DNA of 57,141 bases, counting the filler, from Sphacelaria rigidula (lineage: Eukaryota), in assembly GCA_964200075.2 (NCBI GenBank). It is 7 parts of 7 records of this genome, joined end to end, with 100 filler letters (N's around TTAATTAATTAA, not from the genome) between each part and the next. Parts side by side here need not be neighbours in the genome. Positions count along the whole stretch, not along the records: positions 16,357 to 24,433 come from CAXNAA020012382.1; positions 24,534 to 32,610 come from CAXNAA020012383.1; positions 32,711 to 40,787 come from CAXNAA020012384.1; 4 more parts are not named here. One strand, written 5' to 3'. Position numbers and translations under genes: made by a program. The notes below the pieces were generated by a model. That model was not told the DNA's origin. It worked only from the letters and a program-made list of their open reading frames with translations, and ran no database searches. Below, in pieces: positions 21,403 through 32,788 of the stretch (positions are counted from its first letter, which is position 1; every line of letters begins with the position of its first letter).

Positions 21403-23327
21403 CATATCTTCCTCTTCTTCCTGTTCACTCTGGTCCTGAGTCCCGATGGCCAGCAGATCTCCAAACACAGCATCCCGATTGGCCTTCGGAAGTTGTGCTA
21501 TCCTTTCAATGGCCTGCTTTGCAATTTCTGCATCTTTCTTCTGCTTTGCGAGTTCCTTTTCTCGTTGCTCTCCTATTTCCTGCTGCGCGCCACCTCCGTA
21601 CCCATTCACTGTGTGGATTGCAGCGGCGATGGCAGCGTGGTTTACCCTGGCTGCATTCGTATCCTTCATAGACTCCGGCAGGTCCAAGTTTGTCGGTGTC
21701 TTGTTTCGTTTGCCCCGTCCAAGGTGTTTTAGCACTGCTTCCGCTCCGGCCTCAGCCCCCCCTCGTAACGATACGCGTCGCCGGCGACCTTTCACCCCGC
21801 GTCCACGCCGGCCCCGCCTCTTGTGGCGCAAAACCCGGCGACGCTGTCTCTCCCGACAGCGCCTGTTCTTGTGCCTTGAACGACGACAACCAGTCTTCTG
21901 CCAGCTGCGAGGCTTGCCGCTATTTATCCGAACGATCCAGCCACCCGGCTCGGCCACTACCCTCGTCCACTTTTTCCATACAGTTCCGCTCAGGAAGACC
22001 TCGTCCTCCTTTCGTGGTCTTGTCCATTTCCTCCACACGGTGCCTCCCGGGAAAACTTCGATCCCCACCGCAGCATCTCCCGCCACGACAGAAGCAGAAG
22101 CTATGTGACCAACACCCCCCTCTTCCACCACGTCAAAGAGCGGCCCGAAAGGGTTGGTGTGTGCAAGATCGGCAAAGTATGCGCCTCTCCTCCCCTGCAC
22201 GCTACCGCCCACTGCGTCGTCCGCCGCCACCAGCGCTGTCCCATCGATCACCGTCGCCGGGCCCTGGTGTACTGTCTCGGTGCCACTGGATCCAACGAGG
22301 GGGTCGTCGGTCGTCCCGAGATCGCCAAACGTGATGACGTAGGCCTCTTCCGTCGCACCCGTCTCGACCCCCGTGTCCTGTTCATTGGGAGAAACAATAA
22401 AAAAAGCAAGTGTGTGTCAATGCAAGGCGCGAAATCAACAAAAGGAAAGCCATTTAGACCAGTACCGAATGCAAGCAAGCGCTCCTCGACCATTCGTCTG
22501 ACTCACCGTCTCGGCACCGTCATGGGTTGTCCCGGCACCATGGGGTCCAGCAAAGCGATCGTCCACCGTGCCAAGAGAACCAAACGTGATGACATCAGCC
22601 TCTTCCGTGGCACCCGTCTCGACCCCCATGTCCTCTTTTTCAGTGAGAAGGGAGGGAAAATTGGGTGAGATGTGGTTGAACAGAAGAGCACGGACGTTGA
22701 TATTGAAGAAATCAAAGTAATATTTCGCAACACGCCCGGACCACCCGCTCGCCCCGCCACGTACCATGTCGCTGCTGCCCTCCACATCAGGCTCCGCGCC
22801 CTCCACATCGGTCTCCGCGCTGATTCCCTCCACATTGGTCTCCGGCCTTATGTCCTCCGCGTGGGGATCCGCGCTGCTGCTCTCTGCACCGGTGTCCACA
22901 CTGGACTTCGCGCTGCTTCCCTCCGCACCGGTCTCCGAAACGGGCTCCACACCGGGCTCCACACTGGAATCCGAGCTCTGAATCTCAGCCAGTGTAATGT
23001 TGGCGAGTTCAAAGAGGCTCTCCACCACCCACCCCAGGTCGTCGACGTCTGCGATGTCGAGCTCATCATTTTTCTGTGAAAAAATAAAGCAGGAAAAAGA
23101 TCAAAGGCGTTACGTTGTTATCTTGCTGCGTCTTTGAATCTAAGGGACAAAAGAGTATGTAGATACACACGTGGCCACTATTATATTGTATGCTCATCCC
23201 TGAAGATGCGCTGGCAACGTCTACACCCTGGACACTACCCTGGGGTGCCGAAGGAGAAAAATTTCAAAATTCTTCATCATTCTAAATAAACAACAAGTGC
23301 TCGTCAACAAGAAGAAAATATACTCAC

Positions 23328-23860
23328 TTGTCCAGGAGCGATGGCCTCGAAGTGGCCGTTGTGGATCAACATCATGTTTTTCCCATGCAGCGGGGCGAAT
23401 TTCTCGTCGGTGGTCCGCAGAACCCGGTCCCCGCCGTTGCAGACGACAGGCTTCACGAGATCGAAGTGCGGGATGTGCAGGACCTTGGACAGGAGGCGGA
23501 CAGCAATGTCGTCGCCAAGTCCTCCCGGAAAGAGGGTGCTGTTGATCCAGTCGATCTCGTTGCGGACGTCCCTCTTCACCGTCACAGCCATCTCCTCGAT
23601 GTCTGCAGCCGTCCACGCCGACTGCGGTTGATCGAAGCCCCGCCGAAGCTCGGGAGAGTGATCGTGCTTGAAGGCTTCGACCGTCAGAGATCGAAGCACT
23701 CTGCCCAGCTCCTCCAGCTTCTCGACTTCCGCGGCGCTTTTGCCGCGCTTCGCCAGCGGCAGCTGAGCTTGCGAGGGGGGGATGCCTTGCGCTATCAAGC
23801 ACGTCTGAAGCATTGAAAGCCACCAGCAGTCTCCGCGCCCGTCGTTCTCCAAAGTCCAGT
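23328..23860 (-). other. OTU-like cysteine protease domain
   Basis: ENDGRGDCWWLSM (Cys box, cf. DGNCLFRA), GGLGDDIAVRLLSKVLHIP (cf. WGG..E...LS......I) and MLIHNGHFEAI (His box, cf. L.Y...HY..L). Confidence 0.68.
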
Positions 23861-24109
23861 GGTAAAGCCGCCAGTTGTAGCGCGTTGTCGTGGGGGTCGG
23901 GCGGGCGGGGACGACGGGTTTGCCCTGGTTGTTGTTCCGCCGTCCACCACGGAAAACAGTTTTCTATCCCTTGTCCACCATTTTTCACCTGCCATGGTGG
24001 TGTTAGAACGGGAAAAGGCATGGATGATATGGTACCAGTGTTAGTGGTTGTGAGACAATGTTAAAACATTCGTGGCCATGACAAAGGTAGTGTAGTCGAT
24101 TCGATCATA

Positions 24110-24433
24110 TTAATGAAGAACAGACCCGGGCAAGAGAGAAAGGGAGAAAAGATCAATAAAAAAGACAAGATGACAAAAAGAGAAAAAATGAACGGATCAG
24201 GCAAACAATCCACGAGACCCGAGCAAAAAAAGAGAAACAGAGAAAAAAGAAAAGAAAAGGAGAAAGAAAAAAAGATCAATCAAAATGAACGTGAAAAATG
24301 TGTCCAATACATGAGACGTGGGCAAAAAAAAAAAAAAAAAAAAAGAGAGAAGAGGAAAGAGAAAAGAAAAAAAAAAAAAAAGAAAAGAGGAAAAAAAAAA
24401 GGAAAAAAGGGAAAGAAAAAAAAGAGAGAGAGA
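24110..24433. repeat. A/G-rich low-complexity tract at contig end
   Basis: Long runs of A interspersed with G; the Lys-rich ORFs here are artefacts of composition. Confidence 0.85.
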
Positions 24434-25027
24434 NNNNNNNNNNNNNNNNNNNNNNNNNNNNNNNNNNNNNNNNNNNNTTAATTAATTAANNNNNNNNNNN
24501 NNNNNNNNNNNNNNNNNNNNNNNNNNNNNNNNNAAACAAGAGGGCAATGACCAGCCTGGTGCCCGATCCTCCCACACCTCAAAGCAGAAAAACCAAAGGT
24601 GCCTCAAAAAGCGCAATTACGCAATTGCGGTTGACTGCGCAGGAGCACACAATGCTGCTGCGAGCTAGCGAACAAACGGAAAAAGCACACAATGCTTTGA
24701 CGAGCTAGCTAGATAGAAAGCAAAACAAAACCCCGCAAAGGACACAGTGGTGATTTCAAGCAGGAGACAAAACATAAAGACCCGAATAGGGTCGAGTGTC
24801 AGACAGACAAAGTGGTGGCAGCGTAGGGGCCAATGGAAGGGGGTTAAGGGGTCCAGAAGAAGTCGTCGAAGGAGTTGATGAGGGCAGAGATGCGCCGCGA
24901 TAGGAGAGCCAGCGTAGGTGAAGCAGTGAAGAGCAGAGCGTACCTAAGGGGGGACGAAGGAAGTACCAGAACCAAACTGGGAGGGGAGACACAAATCGCG
25001 TTCAAAAGGATTGCGAAGAGATATAAC

Positions 25028-26747
25028 TCAAGATGGTGCATGGATGTCGTGTGTACGATCGATATTGCGCTGAAGACCTCGACGTAAGCCGTGTGGCTTG
25101 AAGCGTTGTAGGCACCAAGAACCGCGGGGTGCGGAAGGGCTGGTCGTGTAAAAATCGGGGCGAAGCTTGAGCTAAACCGGGCCAGGGTCGTCTAGGAAAC
25201 GAACGATGTACGTGTCGACCGCGAGGGCATCGACGGAGTGGATCGGACCTAGCCACCAGAGGTAATCGCTGCCCTTATACCACAAGTAAGCACCTTTAGA
25301 AAGCGGTTGTTGCTTTGCGCGACGTTTTTCGTCTCATTGTTTGGTGGGTACGAGTTCGTAACCATCGGCTACGAAACGTAGTCCTTTGTCGCGGTGGAGT
25401 TCGCGGGCTGCGGCGCCGCGTCTCATGTTGCGATATCCCTTGTTGTCAGCGAGCTGTTGCTGTGGGGATTGTGTCCAATAGAGAAGGATGGCACGACGGT
25501 GCAGTTGAAGGTCGGACTCGCGTTCCCAAGACGCACGCCGAAGACCTTGCCAGTGTGTCTTGTACATGACAGCAATTTTGCCGCCAGGGCCTCGAGTGAT
25601 TTGGTGGCCTGAAATGTGGGACACGGCCAAACGGAGAGGTTGTTCAGTCACGTCATCGGTGGTAACGTGATACGGTGGGGATTTTGTGGAATAGCTGTTA
25701 AGCACGTATTGGGTGAGACCTGAAAGGCAGGTATTGAGGCATGTCCGTGGTGTCATGCGGGTTCATGCGGGGCTTGCAACGATGCACAGAGACGCGAGAT
25801 TTAGCGTCGTGCCCCTGGAGGTCACGAGGTAAATCGAGGTAGAGGAGTTTGTCGCCAACAGGTTTGCCGTCAGGAGATGTCGGCGAGGGTCCGACTATGA
25901 GAATCTTGAACGGATCCGTCCAATTGAGGGACAGTTTCGTCTTCAAGACTACTGCGTGGGCAGCACGGTCAGCGCCTTGACGGATGGTGGACAGACTATT
26001 GTAGATCCAGACCCAATCACCGATCTTCCAAGTAGGACGTTTGTGCATCAAGTTGTAGAGGGCACTATTGGATCGTTCACGGCGTGAGACGGTGATAGCG
26101 TGTTGTTCGCGCACCAAGGTGAAAGCTTTGCGCTGACGAGCCCTGGCGAGGTCGTGGTAGGACATCTGATCCTGTTCCAGACCTTGGTGGCCATCGAAAA
26201 TATGTCGTTCGAAAACGGTGATGGGCAGACGAGGGTAGCGTCCAAGATGCAGCTCGTTGGGCGAGAGGCCCGTAGCCGCGTTAACCGAATTGTTGTAAGA
26301 CAACATGACGTGCGAGAGATAAAGGTCCCAATCATTTTGTCGGTCGTTGACGACCGTGGGTAGCATTTGAGCCATCGTGTGGTTCACACGTTCAGTCCCA
26401 CCGTTACCGTTAGGGTGGTAGGCGCTCGTGGCAATTTTGCGAATGCCGAGGAGCTTGTACAAAGCATCCGAGAGGTCGGAGAAAAATTGTTGACCATTGT
26501 CGGAGAGGAGTCGTTTTGGGCAGCCATAGGGCTTAATGTAGTCATGGACGAGAATGTCCGCTGTGCCGGCAGCAGTGAGATCGCTAGCAGTGACAGCATA
26601 CATAGCCGCGTGACGGCTGAAGCGGTCGGTGAAGAGTAGAATGTAGGAATTACCACGGTCAGTTGGGGGTAAAGGACCGAAGTAGTCGAACGATACGAAG
26701 TGACCAGGAGCGTTTGGAAGCTCCATGGAAATCACCGGCCATCGCAC
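25028..26747 (-). mobile_element. Ty3/Gypsy integrase relic with GPF/Y motif, chromodomain-like and Tudor-like C-terminal domains
   Basis: Integrase DDE: VSFDYFGP...FTDRFSRH...LLSDNGQQF...AYHPNGNGGTERVN, then WTDPFKIL. After a frameshift: ISGHQITRG...MYKTHWQGLRRASWERESDL (chromo-like). Through a TGA: GAYLWYKGSDYLWWLGPI...YIVRFLDDPGP. No gag or RT visible upstream. Confidence 0.88.
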
Positions 26748-29700
26748 AGTCGCAAAAAGGTGGAGATTATTCAGCGCCGAAAAGGGAGAATCTGCGGCGG
26801 AAATTAGACACCTCTAAAGAAAACTGTATATGGGGGAGTAGGGGGGGGCGCACGGAGGGTGTACCAAAGGCGTAAATAGTCGCAAGGGAACAAACTTACA
26901 GATATACCCAGATAAACCCAATAGTGGTCGCACGAGGGGTTTGGTGCGAGAGTAAAACCTAACAATGGGGCGACTGTGAAAGGAGACAGACACCCGGGCA
27001 AATGTCCTACGGGTGCGCTGTGCACGGCAAAGATGACAGATATACGTAGTGGTCAGGCACACGCTGGAGAAGGGTATTGCAGTAGTGCAAGAAAAATACC
27101 GCACACAGGAGGTGTAAAAAAACACCACTCGAGACCGCGGAAGGAGGCACCAATACTAGTGTAGAATACGTTGCTAAAAAGGGGGGCGATGTGTAAATAT
27201 CTGTTAGTCAAAACAGAAAGAGAAACAAAAGTGCGGCAACGAGGGTGCGAAACACAGAACTCAAGTGCAGGGATCCAAGAGAAGACAGCTGTAGCAGTCG
27301 ACTGAAACACGAGTTGTTGGTGCCGGTCAGGTGCCAAGCTGAAAAGACTACAGGAAAATGCGAAAATTTTCGAGCAAGAATTCAGAGAATTGTAAAGGGA
27401 TCCAGGTGGTGGAGCACCAGAGGGGAAAAAATGGAACACGCTGTCCGAGGCTAAAAGGAAAAGAAAAAAAACGTGTATGTAGTACCCGCGCGAAATATTA
27501 AAAAAAGATATGTATTCACCAGTACTCGCATAAAAAATGAAGAGCGCGTTGGGGAATGCACGACCCAAAGGTGACGAGTTGACCACGTAGTGCTCACGCA
27601 GCGAAAAATGTAGTAGCGGGGCGGAGGTGTGATAGAAACCTGGTGAGAGGTGCGACGAAATATGACAGCACCGAATGTATCACTTAGGTTGGTGCAGATT
27701 ATCGCGCGGAAGAACAAATGGTGTGCGCGACAGTCCTCTGCACGCTGGAGCGGTAGTCGCAACTACCACAACCGTGCTGCGGTAGTTGTGACTACGCAAT
27801 TGTCGCACCGAAAAAGTATGAATACACTAAAGTAGTCAGTGTCAAGAGTAAAAGGACACCACACTACAAGCACAGCAACGGCACACAAGTGGCAACGTCC
27901 GCAAGGAGAAAATGTACAGTCGATGTCACCGTAAGAGAGAAGCGGCGTGTTCTGTAGCGGTTCAGTGAGGGATAGTGTCAACTGTTCGTAGAGGTTTTAC
28001 AACAACCCAGTTGACACAACGTTGGGCGGGGTTGAAAAGGACGATGGCAACAGAACAAGGGCACTGCAAAGCAAGAGGGTGGCCCAACTAAAGGAGCGAC
28101 CCAAACAAGAGAGGGACAAATGGCAGATTGCAATCGTTGCTGCTGCGACGGTAATGCAACGGAAAGAAATGCAGAGAGGCAGCACTGTAGTACAGGAAAA
28201 GAAAAGCAATCTAAAAGCTAAACGAAAACGAAGGACTGTTGGAACTGCTACTAACTGGGGGGGCAAAATACAGATGAACCAAAAGTGAGGAGCAGCAAAG
28301 GGGGTCTACAGAAGGGACAGCTACACAAGGCAACAAGGCTATGAGAATACGCGTGGGCTACTGAAAAATCAAGCAAGACACGGCCAATTAGTCGAACACC
28401 AGCGTGATATAGAGGGGGGTATAGACAGGTTCCACACCTTCCTAGCTATGATCAATGTGCTGCAAGCTTGAGTAGGTGCACAAACGCACTAGGTGTCCGA
28501 GTAAAGCAAGCTGCAAATGCACACGTGCAGATTCACGTGACTGTTGGTCACAGTGGCAACAAACAAAAGGAGCTCAAAGGCTTGATATCTTTTTAACTCT
28601 CACTGGTTATTCCCTTGATCGCCCAGCACACTGTTCTCACCAATGGTAAACAGTAGGAGCAGATGGTCCGGCTCGAAGGGTAGCTCAAGAGGGAGCGAGG
28701 GTGCATGAGGCACGGTAGATCAACCTATTTTTGAACTAGCTATGGGAGTATTCCCCGTGGGCAGATCGGATGATCTGTAAGCCAACCTGCCCCGAAGTTG
28801 TCTGTGGGAACAAATAGCGCCTCTCTATCTTCCTTCCTCATGACACCTCCCCGATACACACGCATCCACAACGCAGCCCCAGAGTCAGCAACATGAGGTT
28901 GTTGCCCATGGTCTAGATGACATACGAGCGAAGTTTTGGCGCGTTAAAGTGCTGACAGCGCGTGCATTGCCGTACCTCCTGAGTTGAGCACCTCTATAGA
29001 CAATAGGAAAATTTGTACCGCACAGAATGTCATGGTCCAGAATGTGTGCCAGTACAGATCAATGTTTGTTTAACGGCGCAGAAGCTGCGTAGTAGATCAT
29101 GGCGTGGAAGTGAGCGCACCCACATGTCAGCACGTGCATCCAGCGATGTCTCACGAGGTCTGGGCTGCAGAGACGCCGTTTTCATGCAGGGCGTATGGAC
29201 GGCACAACCCACAATCCGTGTTCGCTCTGTGTTTAATCCCCACTCCTGTTCACGTGCCGCCGAACAGCGTATATGATGTCTGTGTTGTGCTGTACCTCTG
29301 CGCCAAGTTTGAGGCTAGAGAGTGTAGACACGGCGGAGAATTCCACAAAGTAAGGCTTCAACAGTAGAAGATGCAGTACTGAACAGTGGAAAGATACATG
29401 ATATCGTGGTTACGCCGCATATCACAGATGCGGTGAATTACGGCCGTCTTATTTGCACCCCTTCGGCCACCCAGTGCGACAGCAACAAGAGCAGGGTTCG
29501 CGAACGCGTCGCGTTTTGGGCACGATAACTCACCCTCCGATGGTTTCTCGTACTAATGGTGTGTACAGCAAGAAGCACTGCGGGCTACGAGATCGCGCAG
29601 ATGCGAAACTGCACCTCAGTGGGTGTGTGTGTGTACGCCAAATATTATGTCGATGCCGTCACAAAGGTCAGGATTTCACGAACGCCTTTTTTTCGTGTCT

Positions 29701-31454
29701 CTTTGTTGAATCACGGAAAATATCTCTGTTTGGCCACTCATCGCGTGTGTGTAAGAAAGTGTGTCGGTGGAAATCGCGTGTTTGGCCCTCATATGAGTAG
29801 TTATCCCGAACATGAGGTTTAGACGGAGGTTGACACCTCGGAACGATCGTATCCCTTCGTTGACACTGTTCCGCAGCGATTTCTTCGTTTTAGGGTTATG
29901 TAACGGTTTTAGTCGTGTCCGAAATCGCTATCTCAACAAAAAGCGGTCGACTCAATAAAATGCATGAAGCAAAAGTAAATGAATTTGCTTTCAACAAAAA
30001 AAACGTTTTTGTTTGCAACAACTTGATCGTTTTTAACTGGAACTGCAACTTCTGCTGTAAACGGAACTGTTGTGTACACGAAACGCGAAGGTGCTCGGGT
30101 GTTTATTTTTCTTGCTACGTGACCGCCCCTGTGATGAAGAGTGCAAGTTCGGCCACAAACAAGGTGCTGTAAAGGCTACCAAGGTCCTCTACAAGGATGT
30201 CGACGAAAAACTCTTGTCGTTCTCAGCGGCCAACATCGGCCCAACCCTCGCGACGGCTGAAAGTCGACAGCAAAATGCCAAGAGTCAACCACATAAATCT
30301 TTGACACATCACAAATGGCCTTGGGGTCAAGACTTAACGGTGGGACTTTCGGCGGTTTTTGTGGAGAACGAAATGTACTGTTTGTTGGATATTGCAGTTC
30401 CACAGTGACTAAAACACGTGCATAGACCAACGCCGGCGAAACGCAGTCATGCCGCATTTGTTTCAGGTGATACCAGCCCCTTCACGTGCGGGGTCTTCAC
30501 GGCATACATCCCCGAAAACCACTCCGAAGACAAAATGAAGCCGAAAAGATCCTGTGATATGACATCGCAAGAGGTCACGTCAACGGTACATTTTTCTGGG
30601 GAAGGAGAACGCATGACTCTCGCAATCTAGCGCCGGAATGTTTTGCTATTTTCAGGGAGTAACATATTGGCGAAGCCTGCACAAGTACCGGTGTCCCTTT
30701 GAAAACGCACAATGTCCGCAGGAAGAACACCTGCCCTCTCAACCCTCGATACCCTGATGGTATGACTACTGTATCCCTCGCAGCGGCGGGAAGTTCAGGC
30801 CAAAAACCCGTTCGAGAAAATGCTGACCGCCCACATCAACACGCACGATGCGCCGGCGTCGTCCTATACCCAAAATATCCTAGGACTTCTTATGGGACAA
30901 AAGCCGACAGGAAATCGCGCCCGCTGACCCGTCCACGGCCGCCGCCGCGGGCACATCTGCAGATATAGCACGGAGATGTCAAGCGCATAATGTGAAGGAC
31001 AATCGATCCTTCTATGCGATCACATTACATCCTGCGGTGTACATGATCTCCATCCATCCGCGATACAACCCGTGGCGGCCTCACAGCCTGGGTTCGCCGC
31101 TGTTGGTGCACCTGAGGCGAAATGTAGCGCACACGGTGATGAATAGATACAGAGAGGGTCAGCGAGCCAGAGTCGTGTTCCATTCGACAGCCGGAACCTA
31201 AGGCCATGCGCGACAGCCACACTGTGCTCCCCTTATCTCACAAAATCACATATTGCAACATTGAAATTACTGCAACCCCACGGCATCCCCATCCATCTAC
31301 CTTCATATCAGACAGAAGAAGACTTCTCCGGGATTGCAGTCGATGCACGGGCCTGGGGATCATGACACACAAGAGGGGACAGAGGCGCATGAGTATTGAC
31401 GCGAACCTGCTTCGCCGAAGCTCTTGGTATCATAGCTGTGCGTTGAACACTCTC

Positions 31455-32560
31455 TCACACATCGTTCATCTGGTCCAAGTACAATTCCAACACGTCCTCG
31501 CCCGTGTCCCCATACGACGCGAATGACTCCTCCGATGACGTGCTGCTACGGTACTCACAGTCTTCATCCGAGGTCATCTCTGCTTCGTCGCCGCTGTCAC
31601 CCCCGGAATCCACTTCATTCGCCATCACCAATTGCAACCCTTCGCCAACCGGTACGATTTGCGCGTCGATAGCCGGATTGCACCGTTCCTTGCACCCACA
31701 CAGTATGGGATGGTAATCTTTCCCAAGCTTGGCGCATTTGCAGTTGAGGTTGCACCTGTGTTTCTCCGCCGCCGGTGGGTTACACCCGCACAGAAGACGA
31801 TTGATCCTCCCCGTGGGGGCGATGCGTGCGTGTTCCGATAAGTTGACAACAATTTTCGCCTTCGTCATGGGTGCTTGCGCGTTCTCTGCGTCGTACTCCA
31901 ACCGCGATTGTTGAAATCCACGTCCGCCATGGACTCCTCCATACCTCCCATCCAATATTTCAACAGAGCTCCAGCTCGCTGCGCTTGGGAGCGAAGCGCA
32001 TCCGCGGGCGACACGAGGTCTGTTGGCCTCCTGCCGCCCAACTTCCACCGCAAAAATCTCACCCAATTCACGAAGAGTGTCAGTTTCCCCCCCGCCAGTT
32101 CTCGGAGGATATACTCCGCGCTCGTGCCGGCCGTTGAGAACGCCGATTTCTTCTTATAAAAAAAAGCGATCCCCAAAATCTTCATCACTTCCTTCTCGTC
32201 TACAGACACCACCTGGCCCTCAATCCTCAGCAGGGGCCTCGAGAAAAGAAGGGCACACGCAGGCCTTGAAAGAGCGCATTCTACATAGAAATGAAAGGTA
32301 GCCCATGGAAACAAGGTAGAAAATCAAAGCCGCTCAGCAAGTACATCAGCACGAAGAGGGCGACCCTCGTGCAAGGAGAGTCCTTGACCCACGCCGCGGT
32401 CCCTTTCCACGCGTCGCCAGTGCTGTCTTGGAGTCCAGTGATCACTTCGTACACACGATTCAAATTTGCGTATTCGAGACCGTTCGACAGATGGCGCCGT
32501 ACCGTAACCTCGGTGCGACTCGGGCCCGCGGCACCTGAGTCATCCTACGATAGGGGGGGG
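31455..32560 (-). mobile_element. 3' part of an AcademX-like DNA transposase (XPG/FEN1-like H3TH region plus C-terminal Cys-rich zinc finger), degenerate
   Basis: LMYLLSGFDFLPCFHGLPFISM* (cf. the XPG-type 'lsGCD....F.GiGK..W'). SPADALRSQAQRAGALLKYW...NNRGW (cf. 'PPT..AL..H..RA.YQ..IW...GW'). CGCNPPAAEKHRCNLNCKCAKLGKDYHPILCGCKERC (CXC/Cys8), then an acidic tail. Frameshifts and stops present. Confidence 0.65.
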
Positions 32561-32788
32561 GTATTTGGTTGCACGAAAAAAGAGGCTCATAAATGTGTCA
32601 GACATCCTTCNNNNNNNNNNNNNNNNNNNNNNNNNNNNNNNNNNNNNNNNNNNNTTAATTAATTAANNNNNNNNNNNNNNNNNNNNNNNNNNNNNNNNNN
32701 NNNNNNNNNNCCCCCCACACACACACACACACACACACACTTTTCCTATCCCTCCTCCCCTGGCAACGGCTACTCACCACATGTACAG

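Larger units (their letters stand above)
17550..23960 (-). pseudogene. Intron-containing OTU-protease / PHD-finger / tyrosine-recombinase gene (about 1,800 codons), putative Crypton-like element, with a premature stop
   Basis: Exons (minus): about 23960-23328, 23073-22765, 22632-22507, 22377-21283, 21123-19778, 19601-18940, 18820-17550. All six introns are GT-AG and splice phases (0,0,0,0,2,1) keep the frame. In-frame TAG at 18444-18446. The 5' start is not resolved. Confidence 0.75.

Noticed and set aside
19774-22251. 825-aa ORF as a complete single-exon protein with a transmembrane segment
   Set aside because: The hydrophobic VRFVLICFFG...CFKQ stretch is a stop-free 159-bp GT-AG intron that splits the PHD finger; the ORF is two exons of a larger gene.
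16357-24433. Contig 3 as a DIRS/Ngaro retrotransposon or a bacterial/phage contaminant
   Set aside because: No RT or RNase H motifs are seen, and there are spliceosomal introns and a PHD finger. A giant-virus or PLV ancestry of the recombinase is not excluded.
24113-24481. Lys-rich ORFs, and the CV/HT-repeat ORFs at 6590-6957 and 55813-56105
   Set aside because: Translations of poly-A/purine tracts and (CA)n microsatellites.
27565-27590. Primer-binding site TGGTCAACTCGTCACC (minus) for the contig 4 Gypsy element
   Set aside because: Could not be matched to a specific tRNA 3' end, and the LTR boundary is not definable without a second LTR.
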